A DNA stretch of 64,000 bases from Candidatus Bathyarchaeota archaeon (GCA_963739305.1 CAVTZU010000009.1:1-64000), one strand, 5' to 3'; shown: positions 10,247 through 22,282, counted from the first letter of the stretch. The notes: generated from the sequence alone by a model not told the origin. Translations and numbers: made by a program.

Positions 10247-13200
10247 ATGCAGAATACGTCTAATATTGACGAAGTGATCAGCCAAGCCAACAAAAGGGAA
10301 AAAGAATACGATTGGCTGGGCGCGGCCGAGACTTACAAGAAAGGACTTGACTCAATACCACCACAGGATTTCTTGAGGTTAGGTGAACTCCAAGAGCGCT
10401 TAGGCTACGCCTTTCGCAGGGCCGCAATGCAGGCTGACGAAGTAGACGAATTCAGAGATCGAATGAGAAAGGCTGCTGCTAGCTATGAGAAAGCTCGAGA
10501 AGCTTACAATAGCATCAGTCAAGATGCGCCGACAGCGCGAGCCAAAGTTCTTCGATCCGAAGCTGCCAAAGCATACGTTGACCATTGGTTAGCGATTGAC
10601 AGTTCTGAAAAGAAGAAGTTCCTGGATGAATGTTGGAAGCTTGCAACGGCAAGTATGCAAGCATCGGAAAGAGCAGAGGAACTTGGCGAATATGCAAAAA
10701 CTTACATTCAACTCTCAGACACGGCGGTTTTTCTGTTCACTCGTGAATCCGATTTCAAATCTCGCGAAAAAGTGATGGAAGAAGCGGTCGAGTCTGGTCG
10801 GAAAACGATAAGATTCCTTTCAGCCTCGGGAGACTCTTCAGAGCTCGCAAGGGCTTACGCAAGAACAGTTGTTTTCCTAGGAGTTTTTAGCTATTACTTT
10901 CGAGACATTGATGAAAGGGAAAAATATCGACAGGAGGGCCTTAGCTACTGGAGCAAGGCTAAGGAACTTTCCGAAGAAGTAGCGATGACCGAGTTTATTT
11001 ATCCTGTTTTTGGAGGCCAAGTTTTCTTCGGCTTAGAAGGCTCCGACGAAGCGTTTGAAAACTGTACGAAAGCATTAGATTATGGCAGAAAGAATAATGA
11101 CAAGTTCATTATCGGTTGCGCGTTAGATTGGCTCGTCTACCACACTGCCTGGAAGCTTGAAGGAACAGATGATCCGGCTGAGAAAGATCGCGCCAAGGAA
11201 AGAGTTCTAAAATATGCAGAGGAATCACTGCGTGAGTTCAGCAAAGTGCCCTTCGTAAGCCCCCGCGGCGATTTTGCTTGGGCTAAATCAATGGAAATTT
11301 TCCGTCTCCTTTACCAACGTGACGTTGAGACTGATCTAAAGAAAAAAAGAATCTTAGACGAAGAGGCTTTCCAGTCGGGGTCTGCGCGATCAAAAATTGT
11401 GGGAAGAATCAGGTTATCCGGAAATCATAATGGGTTGGTATGGTGGCGCAGCCTTGCTTCGCCAAAGGCTCGCCAAATTCGAAACAGACCCTGCGGATAG
11501 GAAAAGAGGTCTTGAAGAAGCCCTCGCTTACATCAATAGAAGCAAAGAAATTGCCGAGAGACTTGAACCTTTTCTTTACTGGAACATTGGTATTGGGCGA
11601 AGTTCGTTGGGAAACATAGAATATGCACTCGCTGAAGTGACCGAGGACTCGGAGAAAAAGAAGGCTTTGCTTGGAGCCGCAGTGGCCGACAAGCAGAAAG
11701 CAATAGAATTGTGCCTCAGAGAATTGACGTACATGACGAAGAGAGGCTCAGGGACCTCTCTTTTCGCAACTGTAGGAGCACTGCAATACGGATACGCAAA
11801 AGCACTTGTTCGTTTGTACGAGTTAACGGGCGACAGGGAGCATCTGAAAAAAGCAGGACAGAGTTATGACGCTTCAACCGAATCCTATCAAAGGCTCAGC
11901 TTGGTGAGTAGAATAGCGGAGAATTGTTGGAGAAGAGCACAGGTATTTGACAAGCTTGGAGAGCATTTGACTGCCTCTCAGGATTTTGAGTGTGCAGCAC
12001 GGAGCTATTCTTCGGCATTAGAGAAGTTCCCACAGCTCAAAGCCTTCTACAATGACCATGCCCTGTACATGCAAGCTTGGAGCGAGATTGAAAAAGCAAG
12101 ATTTCACCATCAGAAACAAGAATATAACATGGCAGAAGAGCATTTTGACAAAGCCGCAGGTCTTCACAAATCTTTGAAACGATGGAACTATCTCGCACCT
12201 AACTATTCCGCTTGGGCAAAGCTTGACGGAGCCGAAGAACTGAGCAGAAAAGAGAACAGTGAAGAAGCTCTACAAGCCTTCGAAGCAGCTTCTTCGCTTT
12301 TCGAGGAAACCAGAAAGTCTCTGGAGAACCAGCTGCCAACGATCGAGGAAGACGAGGAAAAAGAGATGGCAACAGAGATGCTGAAGGCTACAGGCCTGAG
12401 ACATCAATACTGCGCAGCACGAGTCGCAGTTGAAGAAGCCAAGATCTTTGACAAGAAGGGAGATCACTTTTCAAGCTCAGAGAAGTACAGTTCGGCAGCA
12501 GAAATCCTTGAAGGAATACAGGAGGCTGTAGAAACAGAGCGGGACAAAAAGGAGTTCAACCTCATCGCAACTCTTTCTCAGGCTTGGGCAAAGATGACCT
12601 TGGCTGAAGCTGAGGAATCGCCAGGTCTGTACGCAGAAGCATCTCAACTCTTTGAGAAGGCTAAAGAACTGAGCCCCAACGAGAAAACAAAGACATTGGC
12701 ACTGGGACACAGTAGGTTCTGCAGAGCCCTTGAGGCCGGCATGGGATTTTCCGATACGGGAGATGAAAAACTCCACGAAACCGCTGTCGCGCAGCTAGAA
12801 AGCGCTGCAAAATACTATGTGAAAGCTGGTTATCAGAGCGCCTCAGAATATGCAAAAGCAACCGAACTCCTTCTGGACGCTTACTCAACTATCAACAGTG
12901 CCAAGAAAGAAGTTGACCCTGAGAGGAAAACCAAGCTCTTCGCGATGGCTGAAAAAATCCTCCAGACCTCAGCGGGATCTTTTATGAAGGCGGAACATCC
13001 CGAGAAGAGAGAGCAGGTATTGAGGCTTCTGAACAAAGTGAAAGAAGAAAGAGAATTGGCTATGTCCCTCAGTGAGGTACTGCATACTCCTGCAGTTGTT
13101 TCTACAACGACCGCGTTTGGCACACCAAATCCAAATCGAGAAAACGCTGTCGGCCTAGAAAAGTTTGAGAACGCTAACATACAGGCAAACATCATAACCC

Positions 13201-13565
13201 GTCAAAGGCAACTTAAGATCGGCGAAAACCTGGAGCTGGAGATAGAACTTGTGAATGCCGGAAAAGGCGCCGCGCTCCTGATCAAAATCACTGAACTGAT
13301 TCCAAAAGGCTTCGAATTGGCAGAGAAGCCTGAAATTTACAGGGTAGAGGACAGCTACTTGAACATGAAGGGAAAACGGGTTGACCCATTGAAGACTGAA
13401 GAGGTGAAGCTTATACTCAAGCCGAAGGTTCAAGGTGAATTCTCATTTAAGCCCACGGTCCTGTACCTTGATGAAAACGGCCAGTACAAGTCGCATCAAC
13501 CTGAGCCGATATCTCTCACAGTCACAGAGCTTGGAATCAAGGGCTGGCTCAAAGGAGAAAGATAA
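10247..13565 (+). CDS. Large TPR-like alpha-helical protein with C-terminal Ig-like (BatD/DUF11-type) domain; frameshift near 11380
   Basis: ORFs 10247..11500 and 11397..13565 join if one G is removed from GGGG at 11377-11380; Ala/Glu/Lys-rich helical repeats; C-terminal LEIELVNAGK..IPKGFEL..LKPKVQGEF. Confidence 0.72.
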
Positions 13566-13618
13566 CCCTCAAGCAAGTCTTGCGGAAATCACACCGCCCA
13601 GCAAGTATTTTCGCGGCC

Positions 13619-13750
13619 ATGGTACCGACGGCGCCAACTCCGCCATCGGGCAATCCGCCGACTTCGACCTGCCCCACATGTGGCAACTTTCTTCGATTAC
13701 GCGCAGCAATATCAAGGTGGTATTGCGATAAAGAAAGAAAAACTCCTAAA
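13619..13750 (+). pseudogene. Decayed Pro-rich linker plus zinc-ribbon tail remnant
   Basis: PTAPTPPSGNPPTSTCPTCG, then in shifted frames YAQQYQ and WYCDKERK. Confidence 0.45.
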
Positions 13751-14017
13751 CTCTTTCCCTATGATCATGGGCGCGTTCTTGATTGCTACCGGTGACGTAT
13801 TCCGATAGAGTTTAGCATATGATTCCATTCTAGGATGATCTGCAATGAACAGTCTAGATTGCGCAGGCTTCATGAATAGTGTCCGTCGGCGCCGTTCACG
13901 CATCAGTTAATGCATGAAAACCCGCTTTGATTTGCAGTCCGAACAGAGTTCCATAAGGCATATTAGCCATGAATCACCATACATTAATTATCGTTCGTTA
14001 CACTGGGGGAGTAAGCA

Positions 14018-17000
14018 GTGGGAAAACGAGTATTCTGCATTTTGTTCACGGCACTTCTCGTGATAAGCATGTTAAGCGTGGTGTACCACGCCGAGTCACA
14101 ATCCGGACAACGAGAGTCTGGCAAGAACCTCAAATCAGACTTGTCGAACGTACTCCCCCAATCATCCACACCGAAGACAGGATCCTCCGATTACATCTCT
14201 GGCAGCGTGCAAAAAGGGTTGAGCCCAACGGGTCCAGCTCAGAACAGTAGCTACTTCAACCTCATCGGCAATACAACCAGGCTGGCAGTCGGGATCAATG
14301 CGGAAGATCAATCCAAAATCTTTAGCCTCGAGAAAATCGCTGCTCTGGACCAAGCAGCAATCGTTGACACGGTCAAGATGAAGGGAAAGATCCGGTACGT
14401 CATCTTCGAACTTCCCCTCACAACTTCAACACGCTTCATCGAAGACGTGCAGAACGCTAAACTCTCAAGTTACGTCGAACCCAGTGTGAAGTTCCAAGCC
14501 CAATTTGCCCCCGACGACCCATACTGGAACCAGCAATGGGGTCCACAAAAGATAGGCGCAGATTTCGCCTGGAACACCACAACTGGCGATCCTTCGATTA
14601 TCGTTGCAGTTGTTGATACCGGCATCTGCTACACTCACCCAGACATCGCGCCAAACTACGTTCCGTTGGGATACGATTGGGCTTACCAGGATCCAGACCC
14701 GATGGATGACTATGGACACGGAACTCACTGCGCAGGAATAATCGCGGCCGCCCTTAACAACAGCGTAGGAATAGCTGGACTAGCGCAGGTCAAAGTGATG
14801 GCTGAAAAAGTCCTCGACAGTAGCGGTTATGGCTATGATGACTGGATCGCTAATGGAATCATAAACGCCACAGACAGCGGAGCGAAAATAATCAGCATGA
14901 GTCTCGGGGGATACGGCGACAGCCAACTCATCCACGACGCAGTGAAGTATGCCTATGACGCAGGAGTCCTGCTAGTAGCAGCTGCCGGAAACAGCAACAC
15001 TGACATGAAATCAATCCCGGCAGCCTATGACGAGGTTATAGCCGTAGCCGCGACCGACCAGGGCGACAACAAAGCATACTTCTCAAACTATGGAGACTGG
15101 ATAGAACTTGCTGCCCCAGGGGTTGACATATACTCGACCGTGCCCTCCAATGGATACATGAGCGCCAGCGGCACGTCCATGGCTTGCCCCCATGTTGCGG
15201 GAGTAGCTGCGCTTGTTTGGAGCGAATACCCGAACAGAACGAGAGACTGGGTGCGCTCGTGGCTTCGGTACACCGCCGACGACTTAGGTACCAAGGGCTT
15301 CGACATCTACTATGGGTACGGAAGAATCAACGCTCAAAAAGCGGTCGAGACACTACCGCCAACTCATGAATTAATCGCCTACAGCCTGAACACACCGCCC
15401 TACGTTAAACCGGGCTATACAGCAAAAGTAAACGGGACAGTGCTCAACTTTGGAGAAAACGAAACAAACATTACGGTACAGCTGTTTGCGAATGCCACTT
15501 TGGTAGACTCCACCGTAATTGGCTCTCTGTCCGCTGGAAACTTGGCGACAGCAAACCTAGCCTGGACCCCGTCAATCGAAGGAACATACAATATCACATT
15601 CTATGTCGTACCAGTGACAGGCGAAACAATCGTTGAAAACAACGTGCTGCAGAAAGACGTGTTCGTGGGGGTCCCGATAAAAGCCGTAGTCCTGCACTCG
15701 GCAGGTAACATCATCGGTGAAATAGTCACAAACTGGCAAGCCATCATGAACGACTGGCAACTTTTCGGGGACAAGATGGTATACATCGACTATGTTTCCC
15801 TGAACAAAGAGGGAATCACGTACGAAGACATCGCCTCTACCGAAGCAGATGTTCTGGTCATTTCCTGTGCCTACGACCCGACCGTCGGATGGCAATTTAC
15901 AGATCCAGAGATCAACGCGATAACCCGCTACGTCCACGAAGGCCATGGGCTAGTGATCACTTCCGGAACGTTCTACCGTTCAGTTCCCAACAACAACAAG
16001 CTGGCTCCCCTCGTCGGCTTGAACCAGACAACGATGTGGACGACGACTGGCACAGACCTCATGCACTTGCTCAACACGAGTCAACCCATCTTCGCTGGCG
16101 TTCCCAATCCATTTGTTTTCCCTGTTTCAACAACTGCACTTCCTAGTGACGGGCGATGGGACCAAAACGAACTGGCGAACGGTGAATATGATGCCATTGG
16201 ACACTTCCAGGAAAGCGCAATCACGACGTACAAAGGTCTGGTATACATTTCTCCACTTCTCGAATACATACCGGCGTACTATCACCACCATCTGCAACTC
16301 CTCTACAACGCTATGAGATGGTCACGGTACCAAAAGCCTGCCCATGAACTCGCAGTTAGCCTACAGGTCCCGTTACACGTGCAACCCGGAGAAACAGCAT
16401 TAATCAACGCAACGGTCACCAACGTCGGAGTGAACAATGAAACCAACGTCAACCTCGAGTTACTTATCAGCGACACGTCAGTAGCGGCTGTGACAATTCC
16501 GAAGCTGCTAAATGGGACGTCTGAAACCATCGAATACGAGTGGTCTCCCACCGCCGAAGGAAAATATAACGTAACGGCCTATGCTCCACCCGTGCCCGGG
16601 GAAGACGACCCGAATGACAACACCGTCACAAAGATACTTCGCGTACGATCCGGCGGAGAGCTTGTTGTCTTCGATGAATCTCACATGCCAGTATACTCGA
16701 TAGGCAACAACCCAGCCGCTGATGTCAGTGGGGGCTACTTTGAATTCGCCAACTACCTCGGCCTTAACGGATACGTGGTCTCGACGATTGATCCAGGAAC
16801 CACAATAACTCCGAGCGTCCTTGAACCGATAAACGTCCTGATAATAGCCGCGCCCCAATACGCTTACGCCTCGTCTGAGTTGGACGCCATTGTCAGTTGG
16901 GTAAAAGCCGGAGGCAACCTGCTGCTCATAAGCGACTGGATGAACTGGGGGACCCAGACCCGCGCGATCGCATCGAGTTTTGGAATTGTAATGAAAGGAG

Positions 17001-19729
17001 ATGGCATCTGCAGCAGCGCTCACAACGTCGGTATGTCCCTGTGGCCCTACTATGAGCGTGCAAACATGCTTTCGCATCCAGTAACTGAAGGCGTAAACAG
17101 GATTGAGATGTACGCTAGCGACGGAATCACAAGTGTGTCAACGGATGAATCAAAGCTCGTCGTCACCAGCAAAGATTACACAGCCTACTGGTACGGGGAT
17201 GGAACACCTGCCCTTGGCATTTCAGTTGTCAGCGCGTTCGAAGGGCAGACAACGGGAAGCGGGAAGATCGTACTTGTGACTGACAGCAACATTTGGGATT
17301 CAGCGAATGACGTAGACGGTGATGGCCAGATTGACTTCTTCGACAGCGACAACTCTGTTCTAGCCTTGAACTGCGTCGACTGGCTTTCCATTCGATATCA
17401 ACATGAACTATCCGTTACGCTGGATGCTCCGGACTACGTTGAACCAGCGTCTACGGTTCAGCTAGACGCAATCGTTCATAACAGGGGACTGAATAATGAA
17501 ACAAACGTTTCATTGCAACTCTTCATCAACGACACACTAGTCTACTCTGTTTCCACGCCAGAACTGGACACATCCACAGAATATACTCTGAACTACCTCT
17601 GGACTCCAACAATTGAAGGAGTCTACAATATAACCGCCTACGCTCCGCAGGTTCAAGGCGAAGAATACTCTGGAAACAACGTCGAAACCAAGATCGTAAC
17701 GGTGAAGCAGGTCAAACGGGTTCTTTTCGACCAGACTCATGGAAACGACGGAATGTACAACTATAGAACATGGACCGCAAGCCTGCAAAGAAGAGGGTAT
17801 GTCATTGACACTTTGAACACGAGCCCTATTACGACCAGCCTGTTGGACGGCTATGACGTGTTCGTCTCCTCACAGGCATACCAGACGTATAGTTCCGCAG
17901 AACTCTCGGCTATACAGGATTTCGTCCTGGCAGGAGGAGGGCTTCTCGTAATAGGCGATGACAACCCGTACATCTACACGGACCTGACCGCGTTTGCAGG
18001 TATACAATGGGTTAGCGGCGGCACGAGCGGACTCACAACCGACATCACACCCCATCCCGTCACCGCAGGCGTATCCACCGTAAGCCTCGTTGCGCCGGTG
18101 GCATTCATGACAGTGAACGCAACAGCTCAAGGTTTAGTCAGAGACCCCTCCCATAACATAATGCTAGCCGTTTCAGAGCAACCACCAGGCAAAGTCGCAG
18201 GATTTTCTGACGAAGACACTTTGATGGATTACGGGATCATACAAGCCGACAACATGCGGTTGGCCAACAACCTAATAGACTGGCTATCAGTTCCAACACC
18301 AAGCGACCATGACCTCGTGGCATCGCTCGAAGTTCCGACTCTCATCAGAATCGGTGCATCAATCGCAGTCAAAGCATCCGTTTCCAACCGCGGGCTGAAC
18401 AACGAAACGAACGTAGAGGTCCAGCTGTTGATCAACGACACACAGGTCGACTCTGCCAATGTTCAAGAGCTTCTCGTAGGTCAATCATACATGCTGCATT
18501 ACGCCTGGACTCCTCAGGTCGAAGGAACGTACAACGTGACAGCCTATGCGCTGCCTTTGTCGTCCGAGGAGTTTATCCACAACAACGTTGCCACGAACAT
18601 TGTCAATGTCAGGCAGTTCAAAGGTTTTGTTCTATGGGATAGCACACACTTCGGCGACTACCAAGGTTACTACAGCTCTTGGATAACAGATCTCGTGGCC
18701 AGAGGATACGTCGTCGACACATTAAACGGCAGTTTTGTCACCCCTGACTCGCTAGATGGTTACGACGTGTTCATCATTCCACAAGCGACTGTGCAGTATG
18801 CTCCAGATGAACTCTTGGCAGTAGAGAATTTCGTGAAAGCCGGCGGAGGGCTTCTCGTAATAGGCGACGACTTCCCCAACATCTACGACAGTTTGACGAG
18901 ATTTGCCGGCATATCGTGGCAGAATGGAGCAGGAGGCGGAACCATGACCGACATCACACCACATCCTGTAACGAACGGAGTGACCACTGTTTACTTCGGG
19001 TCTCCAATGTCTGTCCTCAACGTCAGTTCCCAAGCTCTAAGCCTAATCCGAGATCCATACGGACAGACTATGCTCGCTGCTTCACGAGTCGGACCAGGAA
19101 AAATCATAGGAATAGCCGACGAGGACCCATTGATGGACTATGACATCGGAGTCTTCGACAACTTCATTCTTGCACACAACATGGTTGACTGGCTTGCATC
19201 TCAAAACGGCAGAGCAGGGGGAGCACACGACGTCGCAGTCACCAACGTCAGCGTATCTCCTAGCGTCATATACAACGGATGGATAATAGAAGCCAACGTA
19301 ACTGTGGCCAACCTTGGCAACTCCTCGGAAACGTTCGACTTAACGCTCTACTACAATAACAACGTGATAACCGTCCAAACCATCAACGACCTAGCGTCAA
19401 ACGCAACCCTAGACCTGAATCTCTTCTGGAATACAAACAATGTTGCAGCCGGTCACAACTACACGATTAGCGCCGTTGCAAGCACCGTTTGGAACGAAAC
19501 AGACACGCTTAACAATGAATTCACCGACGGTTCGATACAAGTCAGACTCTTCGGCGACATAAACAACGACGGAGTAGTGGACATCTTCGACGCTATCCAA
19601 GCGGCAATGGCATTTGGAACAAGACCGTCTGACCTCAAATGGAACCAGTGGGTCGACGTCAATCGAGACAGCATCATCGACATATACGACATGATTCTGA
19701 TCGCTAACCACTTCGAAGAACACATCTAG
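14018..19729 (+). CDS. Secreted S8 (subtilisin/thermitase-like) serine protease with alternating CARDB and GATase-like (DUF4350-type) modules and C-terminal dockerin
   Basis: Triad VAVVDTG / HGTHCAG / GTSMACP, oxyanion AAAGN; repeated HEL.V.L..P..N.G...ETNV..WTP..EG.YN.TAYA; C-terminal GDINNDGVVDIFD..DVNRDSIIDIYD. Confidence 0.93.
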   Translation: MGKRVFCILFTALLVISMLSVVYHAESQSGQRESGKNLKSDLSNVLPQSSTPKTGSSDYISGSVQKGLSPTGPAQNSSYFNLIGNTTRLAVGINAEDQSKIFSLEKIAALDQAAIVDTVKMKGKIRYVIFELPLTTSTRFIEDVQNAKLSSYVEPSVKFQAQFAPDDPYWNQQWGPQKIGADFAWNTTTGDPSIIVAVVDTGICYTHPDIAPNYVPLGYDWAYQDPDPMDDYGHGTHCAGIIAAALNNSVGIAGLAQVKVMAEKVLDSSGYGYDDWIANGIINATDSGAKIISMSLGGYGDSQLIHDAVKYAYDAGVLLVAAAGNSNTDMKSIPAAYDEVIAVAATDQGDNKAYFSNYGDWIELAAPGVDIYSTVPSNGYMSASGTSMACPHVAGVAALVWSEYPNRTRDWVRSWLRYTADDLGTKGFDIYYGYGRINAQKAVETLPPTHELIAYSLNTPPYVKPGYTAKVNGTVLNFGENETNITVQLFANATLVDSTVIGSLSAGNLATANLAWTPSIEGTYNITFYVVPVTGETIVENNVLQKDVFVGVPIKAVVLHSAGNIIGEIVTNWQAIMNDWQLFGDKMVYIDYVSLNKEGITYEDIASTEADVLVISCAYDPTVGWQFTDPEINAITRYVHEGHGLVITSGTFYRSVPNNNKLAPLVGLNQTTMWTTTGTDLMHLLNTSQPIFAGVPNPFVFPVSTTALPSDGRWDQNELANGEYDAIGHFQESAITTYKGLVYISPLLEYIPAYYHHHLQLLYNAMRWSRYQKPAHELAVSLQVPLHVQPGETALINATVTNVGVNNETNVNLELLISDTSVAAVTIPKLLNGTSETIEYEWSPTAEGKYNVTAYAPPVPGEDDPNDNTVTKILRVRSGGELVVFDESHMPVYSIGNNPAADVSGGYFEFANYLGLNGYVVSTIDPGTTITPSVLEPINVLIIAAPQYAYASSELDAIVSWVKAGGNLLLISDWMNWGTQTRAIASSFGIVMKGDGICSSAHNVGMSLWPYYERANMLSHPVTEGVNRIEMYASDGITSVSTDESKLVVTSKDYTAYWYGDGTPALGISVVSAFEGQTTGSGKIVLVTDSNIWDSANDVDGDGQIDFFDSDNSVLALNCVDWLSIRYQHELSVTLDAPDYVEPASTVQLDAIVHNRGLNNETNVSLQLFINDTLVYSVSTPELDTSTEYTLNYLWTPTIEGVYNITAYAPQVQGEEYSGNNVETKIVTVKQVKRVLFDQTHGNDGMYNYRTWTASLQRRGYVIDTLNTSPITTSLLDGYDVFVSSQAYQTYSSAELSAIQDFVLAGGGLLVIGDDNPYIYTDLTAFAGIQWVSGGTSGLTTDITPHPVTAGVSTVSLVAPVAFMTVNATAQGLVRDPSHNIMLAVSEQPPGKVAGFSDEDTLMDYGIIQADNMRLANNLIDWLSVPTPSDHDLVASLEVPTLIRIGASIAVKASVSNRGLNNETNVEVQLLINDTQVDSANVQELLVGQSYMLHYAWTPQVEGTYNVTAYALPLSSEEFIHNNVATNIVNVRQFKGFVLWDSTHFGDYQGYYSSWITDLVARGYVVDTLNGSFVTPDSLDGYDVFIIPQATVQYAPDELLAVENFVKAGGGLLVIGDDFPNIYDSLTRFAGISWQNGAGGGTMTDITPHPVTNGVTTVYFGSPMSVLNVSSQALSLIRDPYGQTMLAASRVGPGKIIGIADEDPLMDYDIGVFDNFILAHNMVDWLASQNGRAGGAHDVAVTNVSVSPSVIYNGWIIEANVTVANLGNSSETFDLTLYYNNNVITVQTINDLASNATLDLNLFWNTNNVAAGHNYTISAVASTVWNETDTLNNEFTDGSIQVRLFGDINNDGVVDIFDAIQAAMAFGTRPSDLKWNQWVDVNRDSIIDIYDMILIANHFEEHI

Positions 19730-20041
19730 CAAAAAACAAATCCTCTTCTTGGCGCGAGTCTCAAAGCGACAGAAGAAAAGAGCCAACTGACTCGTGCCTT
19801 CAGCCTTTTCAAACTATCTTGAGAGTACAGAGAATCGCGACGCGTCTGAATTTCAGCAATCGCGGTTCGCTCATCATCTTGTTAAGGAAGAGTATTCTAA
19901 CATTGTCCTTGCGTCGTCAAACAAGATCCATGACCCGTTTGAAGCAGGTGTAAACTCAACAGAACAGGGGGCAATTGAATTCTCCAAAAACGAATTAAGC
20001 CCCTCAACCGTAACAGTAGTCCGACGCCCGAGTGACTAGAA

Positions 20042-21220
20042 ATGATCAACGAAATCCTGAACTTGGTACGCAGCCACGAAAAATGGCGCACAAAACAGTG
20101 TCTAAACCTCATCCCATCCGAAAACGTCATGAGCCCGGCAGCCAGAGCGCTACTCTCATCTGACTTGGCTCACCGATACACGTCAGTAGACAGATTTTAT
20201 ATGGGAACCCGCTTCACCGATCAAATCGAACAGTACGGCGAGAAAGTCGCCAAAGACCTCTTCAAAGTCGAAACCGCTGACCTACGCCCCCTTTCAGGAC
20301 ACATCGCCGACCTCATCGTTCTAGCAAACTTGACAGAACCAGGCGACACACTACTTTGCGTCTCAGAACGAGATGGTGGTTATCCTGGAATGTGGAAAAA
20401 TGGATTAGCCGGTTTTCTCAAACTCAAAGCCGTCGCCTTCCCTTTTTCGAAGAAAGACTTTAACATACGAGCCGAAGAAGCACAAGAACTCATCACCAAA
20501 ACCAAGCCGAAAATCGTCCTTTTCGGCGCCAGCCTAATTCTTTTTCCTCACCCTGTCAAAGAACTGGCCAAAACTGCACGAGAAAACGGCGCAACCGTCG
20601 GGTTTGATGGTTCACATGTCCTCGGCCTCATCGCAGGCGGACAATTCCAAGATCCAATTCGAGAGGGAGCCCAGCTTCTCTTCGGGTCAACCCACAAGAG
20701 CCTCTTCGGACCCCAAGGAGGCATAATCCTCGCAAACAATCAACCAGGCAAACACCTCAAAAAGAAGATCTACCCAGGCTTCGTCGACAACGCCCACTGG
20801 AACCGCATCGCTGCACTGACCCTGGCCCTTGCAGAGTTGAAAAAGTTCGGCAAACCCTATGCAACGCAAATCATCCGCAACTCTAAGACACTGGCCAAGG
20901 CTCTCCATGACTACGGGTTCCCCGTGAAATGCGAACATCTAGGGTTCACTGAATCACACCAAACAATCTTGGACTACGGAAACCTCGATGAGGCTAGAAG
21001 CATCGCTGAAAGACTTCAAAAAGCAAACATAATTAGCGACTGCGTCATCAGAATTGGAACCTGCGAAGTCACAAGGCGCGGAATGAAACAACGAGACATG
21101 CATAAGATCGCGGAACTCCTCAAGAGAACCGTCATCGACCGAGAGAAACCGGACACCATCAAGAAAGAAGTAGCCAAACTCTCAGCCGAGTTCCGAGAAG
21201 CCCAGTACTGCTTCAAATAA
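20042..21220 (+). CDS. glyA: Serine hydroxymethyltransferase
   Basis: LNLIPSEN, FDGSHVLGLIAGG, GSTHKSLFGPQGG, IRIGT.EVTRRGM. Confidence 0.92.
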   Translation: MINEILNLVRSHEKWRTKQCLNLIPSENVMSPAARALLSSDLAHRYTSVDRFYMGTRFTDQIEQYGEKVAKDLFKVETADLRPLSGHIADLIVLANLTEPGDTLLCVSERDGGYPGMWKNGLAGFLKLKAVAFPFSKKDFNIRAEEAQELITKTKPKIVLFGASLILFPHPVKELAKTARENGATVGFDGSHVLGLIAGGQFQDPIREGAQLLFGSTHKSLFGPQGGIILANNQPGKHLKKKIYPGFVDNAHWNRIAALTLALAELKKFGKPYATQIIRNSKTLAKALHDYGFPVKCEHLGFTESHQTILDYGNLDEARSIAERLQKANIISDCVIRIGTCEVTRRGMKQRDMHKIAELLKRTVIDREKPDTIKKEVAKLSAEFREAQYCFK

Positions 21221-21339
21221 TGAAGAACCCGTTTGAATAGCATATGAAACCTCGGTCACCTTCATCAACGGGCTCTAGCGCGCGCCTAAAGGAAAAACCC
21301 AAATAACCCTACTCCCTAATTGTAAGCAGGAATTACACG

Positions 21340-22203
21340 ATGAATTTGAACCGTGCGTCATCCCCAGAGAATCCTCCTGCTGCAGACCAGACGCCTGTGC
21401 CTCCAGTACCCAGCAGAAGGTCAAGAAAAAAGATCTTTGCCATCGTAGGAACCATCTCTGTTGTCGCTGTTGCTTTGGCTCTAGTGTTGATGTTTTTGAT
21501 CCCTCCAAGCGTCGAGGAAACAATACCTTTGACCTACAACTACACCCCAGGAGAAGAAATGACTTACAACGTTACTGTGACTGGAACGAGTAGCACTGGA
21601 CAGAACATCTCCACGCCCGTTACAGAGAGTTTAAGCATTAACGTAATCAGTTTCGACGGAGAAAACTACACTATCAACGAGACCATGACGATTTCAATGC
21701 CTTCGGGCGCCCCGATATCGTATAGCTTCACCATGAAGATGAATAAGACTGGATACTCTACGAACCTTAACAGTACCGGTGGGCTCCAATCAGCTTTTTC
21801 CATGTTTGGCAGCTTTTGGCCGTTTGGTCAAGAGACCGAGGCAAAGGTCGGGGAAACAATACAAGTGCCATTGAACGAAACCTCTCCATACTACAGTCTA
21901 AATGGAACGGTAACGTTGAAGTTCGGTGAAATCCAGAACATCACGGTGCCAGCCGGCGAGTACCGAGTCTTCAAGATCGACATCTCAAGCGGCAACATAT
22001 CAATGGTCGTCAACTCACCGGTTTCTGGCAACGTTTCAATTTCGGAAATCTTCTCTTTCAATGGACAAACGTATCTTGAATATGGAACCTGCCGTCTGGT
22101 TGAATCTGAGCTTCAAGAGACGATGGCGATCCAAACGGCCACCATGAATTCTACTCAAAACATGTCTATGCAGATGATGCTCGTTCATCACATCAAAGGC
22201 TAA
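21340..22203 (+). CDS. Membrane-anchored secreted beta-rich hypothetical protein
   Basis: N-terminal TM helix, many sequons, ITVPAGEY motif. Confidence 0.75.
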   Translation: MNLNRASSPENPPAADQTPVPPVPSRRSRKKIFAIVGTISVVAVALALVLMFLIPPSVEETIPLTYNYTPGEEMTYNVTVTGTSSTGQNISTPVTESLSINVISFDGENYTINETMTISMPSGAPISYSFTMKMNKTGYSTNLNSTGGLQSAFSMFGSFWPFGQETEAKVGETIQVPLNETSPYYSLNGTVTLKFGEIQNITVPAGEYRVFKIDISSGNISMVVNSPVSGNVSISEIFSFNGQTYLEYGTCRLVESELQETMAIQTATMNSTQNMSMQMMLVHHIKG

Positions 22204-22282
22204 CGCGCTGCAAAAGAATAAGTAGAATTCACGAATCAGACTGCTTATAGGATCCGACAGTGAGTATTCCTTGTGACAGAAA

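Noticed and set aside
19794-20039. 81-aa ORF upstream of glyA
   Set aside because: No recognisable motif or SD; may be debris and cannot be supported
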